A stretch of DNA of 64,000 nucleotides. Origin: Obrimoposthia wandeli (taxonomy: Eukaryota). The position numbers were made by a program, and so were the translations under genes. Location: assembly GCA_977020255.1 (NCBI GenBank), contig CDROCS010000253.1, positions 2,294,001 through 2,358,000 on the forward strand, given 5' to 3'. The notes under the pieces were generated by a model. That model was not told the origin of the DNA. It ran no database searches and was given only the letters and a program-made list of their open reading frames with translations. Shown piece by piece: positions 60,304 through 64,000 of the stretch (its first letter is position 1; each line of letters begins with the position of its first letter).

Positions 60304-60879
60304 ATGCCAAAGGCTAGTGATATAAAGAAAAATGCAGCAATAGAGCACAACGGTAAAGTGCTAATTGTTAGAGATATTACCCGTTCAGTACCGCAAGGTC
60401 GAGCAGGCGGAAGTTTATATAGAATGCGTTTATACGATGTAGTTACCGGTGGTAAAGTAGACGAAACATTTAAAGCTGAAGATATGTTGAATTTTGCTGA
60501 TTTAAGCCGTCGCCCATCAATGTTTTCTTATATTGATGGTGAAGAATATGTCTTTATGGATAATGAAGACTACACGCCGTATAACTTAAATAAAGAATCA
60601 ATTGCTGATGAAATTTTATTTATCGACGAAGAGACTCAAGGCATTTCTGTCATTATCGTTGATGATGCACCGGTGGGTATTGCTCTACCTGCCAGTGTTG
60701 AATTACTTATTACCGAAACGGACCCTTCTATTAAAGGTGCTTCAGCGAGTGCTCGTACAAAACCAGCGCTGCTTTCTACAGGATTAACTATCCAAGTACC
60801 TGAGCATATTTCAACAGGTGATAAAGTTAAAGTAAATACAGAAGAGCGTAAATTTATGGGTCGAGCTGACTCTAAGTAA
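60304..60879 (+). CDS. yeiP: Elongation factor P-like protein (YeiP/EfpL group)
   Basis: EF-P fold with loop PQGR33AGG; [20 protein letters not shown]. Confidence 0.85.
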
Positions 60880-60916
60880 AACGCTTTTGTTCTGCTATTT
60901 CTAATAAGTTACCACT

Positions 60917-60945
60917 AAAAAATGCCCGATTACTCGGGCATTTTT
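60917..60945 (+). terminator. Intrinsic terminator
   Basis: AAAATGCCCGA-TTAC-TCGGGCATTTT. Confidence 0.8.
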
Positions 60946-60971
60946 ATATCTGATAGCAGGACTGTGATATC

Positions 60972-61042
60972 TATACCCGTCATCAATCAAGATGCTCGTT
61001 TCAGAAATTCTATGCGAGCCATAATTAAGGGTGGCGGGTATA
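60972..61042. repeat. Short internally deleted ERIC-like element
   Basis: TATACCCGTCATCAATCAAGATGCTCGTTTCAG...GGCGGGTATA. Confidence 0.7.
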
Positions 61043-61076
61043 AAGCAAATAACTATTAGAACCATAAGGTTACATC

Positions 61077-61982
61077 ATGAGTGATTCAGTTTATTCGATC
61101 GGTACACAAGGCCAGCCCTGGACAGATGAAGATAAAGATTTATGGCTTAGCAAGCAAGTTATAAAGCGTAGTTATCAAGATGAAGTACTGTCAAAACTTG
61201 AGTCAGTAACTTCTTCATTTGACATGATTCAGTATGGTAGTTTATCTATTGATGAAAGTAGATATCCTTTATATGTCATGCAAAGTAAAAATTGGCAAAG
61301 TAAGAATAAAACCGTGTTAGTTACTGGCGGTGTACATGGTTATGAAACCAGTGGCGTTCAAGGTGCTATCCGTTTTTTAGAAACAAGTGCTAATGATTTT
61401 AGTGAACAATTTAATATCATTGTGGTGCCTTGTGTTAGTCCTTGGGGCTATGAAACAATTAATCGTTGGAATAATGAGGCGATTGATCCAAACCGTTCAT
61501 TTTATCCCGATAGTCCGGCGCAAGAATCGGCGGCATTAATGTCTTTTATTAATGAACTTGATGTCGATATTGCTGTGCATATTGATTTACATGAAACCAC
61601 GGATACCGATAATAGTGAGTTTAGACCAGCCCTTGCTGCGCGTGATGCTATTGAGCAGAAAAACTGGAATATTCCAGATGGTTTTTATTTGGTTGGAGAT
61701 TCAACCAAACCGGAAGCTGATTTTCAACGTGCGATTAACCAAACGGTTGCCAAAGTGACTCATATTGCGCCAGAAGATAGCAATGGTAAATTGATAGGTG
61801 TTGATATTGAGCAGTTTGGCGTTATAAATTATGCAGGTAGAGAGCTAGGTTTATGCATGGGCTTAACTGATGCACCCTATGTTACTACTACTGAGGTTTA
61901 CCCTGACAGCACGCTAGTTGATGATGAAAATTGTATCAAGGCACAAGTTGCCGCAATATCTGCGGCAATAACCTTTATTTAA
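61077..61982 (+). CDS. M14 metallocarboxypeptidase-like protein
   Basis: GGVHGYE, DPNR, HIDLHET, TTTEVYP. Confidence 0.88.
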   Translation: MSDSVYSIGTQGQPWTDEDKDLWLSKQVIKRSYQDEVLSKLESVTSSFDMIQYGSLSIDESRYPLYVMQSKNWQSKNKTVLVTGGVHGYETSGVQGAIRFLETSANDFSEQFNIIVVPCVSPWGYETINRWNNEAIDPNRSFYPDSPAQESAALMSFINELDVDIAVHIDLHETTDTDNSEFRPALAARDAIEQKNWNIPDGFYLVGDSTKPEADFQRAINQTVAKVTHIAPEDSNGKLIGVDIEQFGVINYAGRELGLCMGLTDAPYVTTTEVYPDSTLVDDENCIKAQVAAISAAITFI

Positions 61983-62013
61983 TCGTGTCAATTTAATCAC
62001 GTTAATGTAGATT

Positions 62014-62050
62014 AAAACGGCAACTTCGTAATACGTAGTCGCCGTTTTTT
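62014..62050. terminator. Bidirectional terminator
   Basis: AAAACGGC...GCCGTTTTTT. Confidence 0.6.
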
Positions 62051-62080
62051 AACTGTAAATTAGGGGCGTGGTTATCATTT

Positions 62081-63253
62081 TTAATAGCGCACAGCTAAAT
62101 CATCCACTTGAATATTACCAAATAAGCGGCCATCTGTCGCCTCAGCCGTTGCTGTTTCTCTAGAGAGCTTAGTTACTTTCACCTTGTAAGGACTTAAGTT
62201 AAAACCAGCATAAGACTTACCTGAATTATCCGTAAAATGATTAAGGTGCAGTAAGCTAAATTCATCACCTATTTTTAAGCCATGATCTCGGCCTATGTTA
62301 ATGGTAACTTGGTTCCCTTGAATTTGAATTATTTTACCGCGGCTTGGCTCACACATAATATTTTCATCAATATCTTTAATGACTTTATCAAGAATATTTT
62401 CCACCATCACTCCATAGTCACTTTGCCAAAATGCATTACCGTCAACATCCACCTTTATACGTTTTGTAAACGTCCATGGGGCAGAATTTTGATAACGTTT
62501 TTGCCAAAGCAACTCACCATTTATACCGTTATATAAATAGAAATTGATAGCAAAATTTCTGGGGTACACACCTTGTTGCCAAAACGACCAACTATTAATT
62601 GCTTGTTTATCAAATGAAACATTGGTGATTTCACTGAACATTACATATTGGCTATCGGTACTGTCACTCAAGGATTGAGTTAATAGAGATATTTCATCAC
62701 TGGCTAAACTGTTATTAAGGCGTGAAAATTCAGTTTTATTCTTGAGTATACTCTTCGTTTTAGTAAAGTTACTTTGCTGGTTAAGTTGCACAGCCAGTTT
62801 ACGCATAACCGCTTTATCAATTAAGTAAATTTCGCCTATATTCGCTTGTTCTCTTTGTAATAAATGACTACGAGTAATTAACAGAGACTTTTTAAAGTTG
62901 ACCGCAAAGCACTTTTTCTCTTGTGGAAATATATCGGCGCGAATAGTTACCGTCATTAGGTTGTCGCTGTGTATTTCATCAACTAATTCAATAGAATTAA
63001 CACTGCCACTTGCTCTTATACTGATTTGATCTTGGGTTAGTAAACCGTTTACTACTTGCTGTACACTCGACACACTGGCACCAGAAACAAGCAGTGCTTT
63101 TTTAAGCGCATTTTCCATGGCTTTGGTACGTGCAAGTTCAATACTTATATCATTTGTACGGGCATGACCTTGGGTTTCATACCATTGACTACTAACAGAG
63201 AAACTGCATAAAAAGCTGACGATTAACGTTAATTGTGTGATGAGTTTATACAT
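62081..63253 (-). CDS. flgT: Flagellar H-ring protein FlgT
   Basis: WYETQG, AMENALKKALL, TVTIRAD, VTINIGRDHG.K.GD; divergent from flgO. Confidence 0.9.
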   Translation of the reverse strand: MYKLITQLTLIVSFLCSFSVSSQWYETQGHARTNDISIELARTKAMENALKKALLVSGASVSSVQQVVNGLLTQDQISIRASGSVNSIELVDEIHSDNLMTVTIRADIFPQEKKCFAVNFKKSLLITRSHLLQREQANIGEIYLIDKAVMRKLAVQLNQQSNFTKTKSILKNKTEFSRLNNSLASDEISLLTQSLSDSTDSQYVMFSEITNVSFDKQAINSWSFWQQGVYPRNFAINFYLYNGINGELLWQKRYQNSAPWTFTKRIKVDVDGNAFWQSDYGVMVENILDKVIKDIDENIMCEPSRGKIIQIQGNQVTINIGRDHGLKIGDEFSLLHLNHFTDNSGKSYAGFNLSPYKVKVTKLSRETATAEATDGRLFGNIQVDDLAVRY

Positions 63254-63352
63254 AAGACTGTTTTTTCCTACTTGGCTTAGTCATATCAATAAGGACTAGC
63301 ACCCATGAATACGGTGTAATGACTGTAATTAATATTTAATGTATATATTCAA

Positions 63353-63368
63353 TGCATATTTCATGCCT
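63353..63368 (-). promoter_or_regulatory. sigma54-type promoter toward flgT
   Basis: Minus strand AGGCATGAAATATGCA = GG-N10-GC. Confidence 0.5.
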
Positions 63369-63405
63369 TGTCACATTGAGTTGGATTTACGTTGATGAGG
63401 ATTAT

Positions 63406-63421
63406 TGGCTCAGAATGTGCA
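63406..63421 (+). promoter_or_regulatory. sigma54-type promoter toward flgO
   Basis: TGGCTCAGAATGTGCA = GG-N10-GC. Confidence 0.45.
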
Positions 63422-63508
63422 TTGTTATATTAAATATATATGAATGTATAAATTAACATACTATGACGAACGCCATCAGTATAGTACTTAGTTTTAAAGG
63501 GGAATATC

Positions 63509-64000
63509 ATGAAAAAATGGCTTATACCATTGATTCTGCCAGCTTTACTCTCGTGTGAATCCACAGGTGATAAGGGCTTTTATCAATCTACTCACATTGA
63601 AAAAGGTGAAATTGATAGCTATCAATTACCACGGCATGCCATTAATGATGTAGTAAAAGGGCTCGCTTATCAAATGCTCGCAAGCAGTAGTTTTGTTAAT
63701 GCAAAAACTCCGGTAGCTGTCGCTTCTTTTGTCGATCTTAAAGACCTTGAAACAACTAATTGGCTTGGTAATCAGCTTGCAGAAAGCTTTGTGCATGAGT
63801 TACAGCGCCATGGTTTAGTCGTTATAGATTATAAAACGACAGGGAGTATTCGTGTAACCAAAAAAGGTGATAATGTCTTTAGTAGGGATTGGCAGGAGTT
63901 ACCTGAACGTCAGATAATTGACTACATAGTTTCTGGCACTATGGTTGAGCAGGAAGACGGCGTTTTAGTCAATGCTCGTATGATTGGTATTCAATCAAAA
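63509..64000 (+). CDS. flgO: FlgO-family lipoprotein (3'-truncated; absent from the ORF track)
   Basis: Translated by hand: GGGGA RBS, LLSC lipobox, PVAVASFVDL, LGNQLAESF, FSRDW, GTM, VNAR. Confidence 0.88.
   Translation, partial: MKKWLIPLILPALLSCESTGDKGFYQSTHIEKGEIDSYQLPRHAINDVVKGLAYQMLASSSFVNAKTPVAVASFVDLKDLETTNWLGNQLAESFVHELQRHGLVVIDYKTTGSIRVTKKGDNVFSRDWQELPERQIIDYIVSGTMVEQEDGVLVNARMIGIQSK

Noticed and set aside
1-64000. tRNA, rRNA, riboswitches
   Set aside because: None recognised by eye; an Infernal/tRNAscan run would be needed to exclude them formally

Overview
AT-rich chromosomal region of a marine gammaproteobacterium; gene content suggests Colwellia/Alteromonadales (inference). 1-20 kb: choline/glycine-betaine supercluster. 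It has a GbdR-like regulator, an unknown 630-aa membrane protein, a dgc dimethylglycine catabolic operon with ETF, an MFS transporter, betIBA with a BetI operator, a short atypical BCCT, a TorF-family porin and a CosR/EctR-like MarR regulator. 20-37 kb: mixed accessory and housekeeping genes, including a TPR-GGDEF cyclase, small ORFans, a TetR-MlaC pair with shared operators, an AraC-HDOD fusion, a PEP-CTERM protein, DsbA-like, serine hydrolase, DEAD-box helicase and MscS. 38-42 kb: MipA/OmpV barrel + DUF3019 + OmpR-family RR + HK cassette with an upstream TACA-N6-TACA box. 42-50 kb: CreA, S9 and M13 peptidases, PAP2, hemerythrin-PAS protein. 50-58 kb: broken D-amino-acid dehydrogenase and an IS4 remnant, then an apparently foreign island (triple-PAS + FixL-type heme-PAS kinase, DivK-like receiver, REC-HD-GYP), followed by a short M9 collagenase and an Xaa-Pro peptidase. 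58-64 kb: LpxR-like, EF-P-like, M14 peptidase, flgT and partial flgO. About a dozen ERIC-related modular miniature repeats sit in intergenic spaces. No rRNA, tRNA or CRISPR seen. All family assignments are from motif recognition, not database searches.
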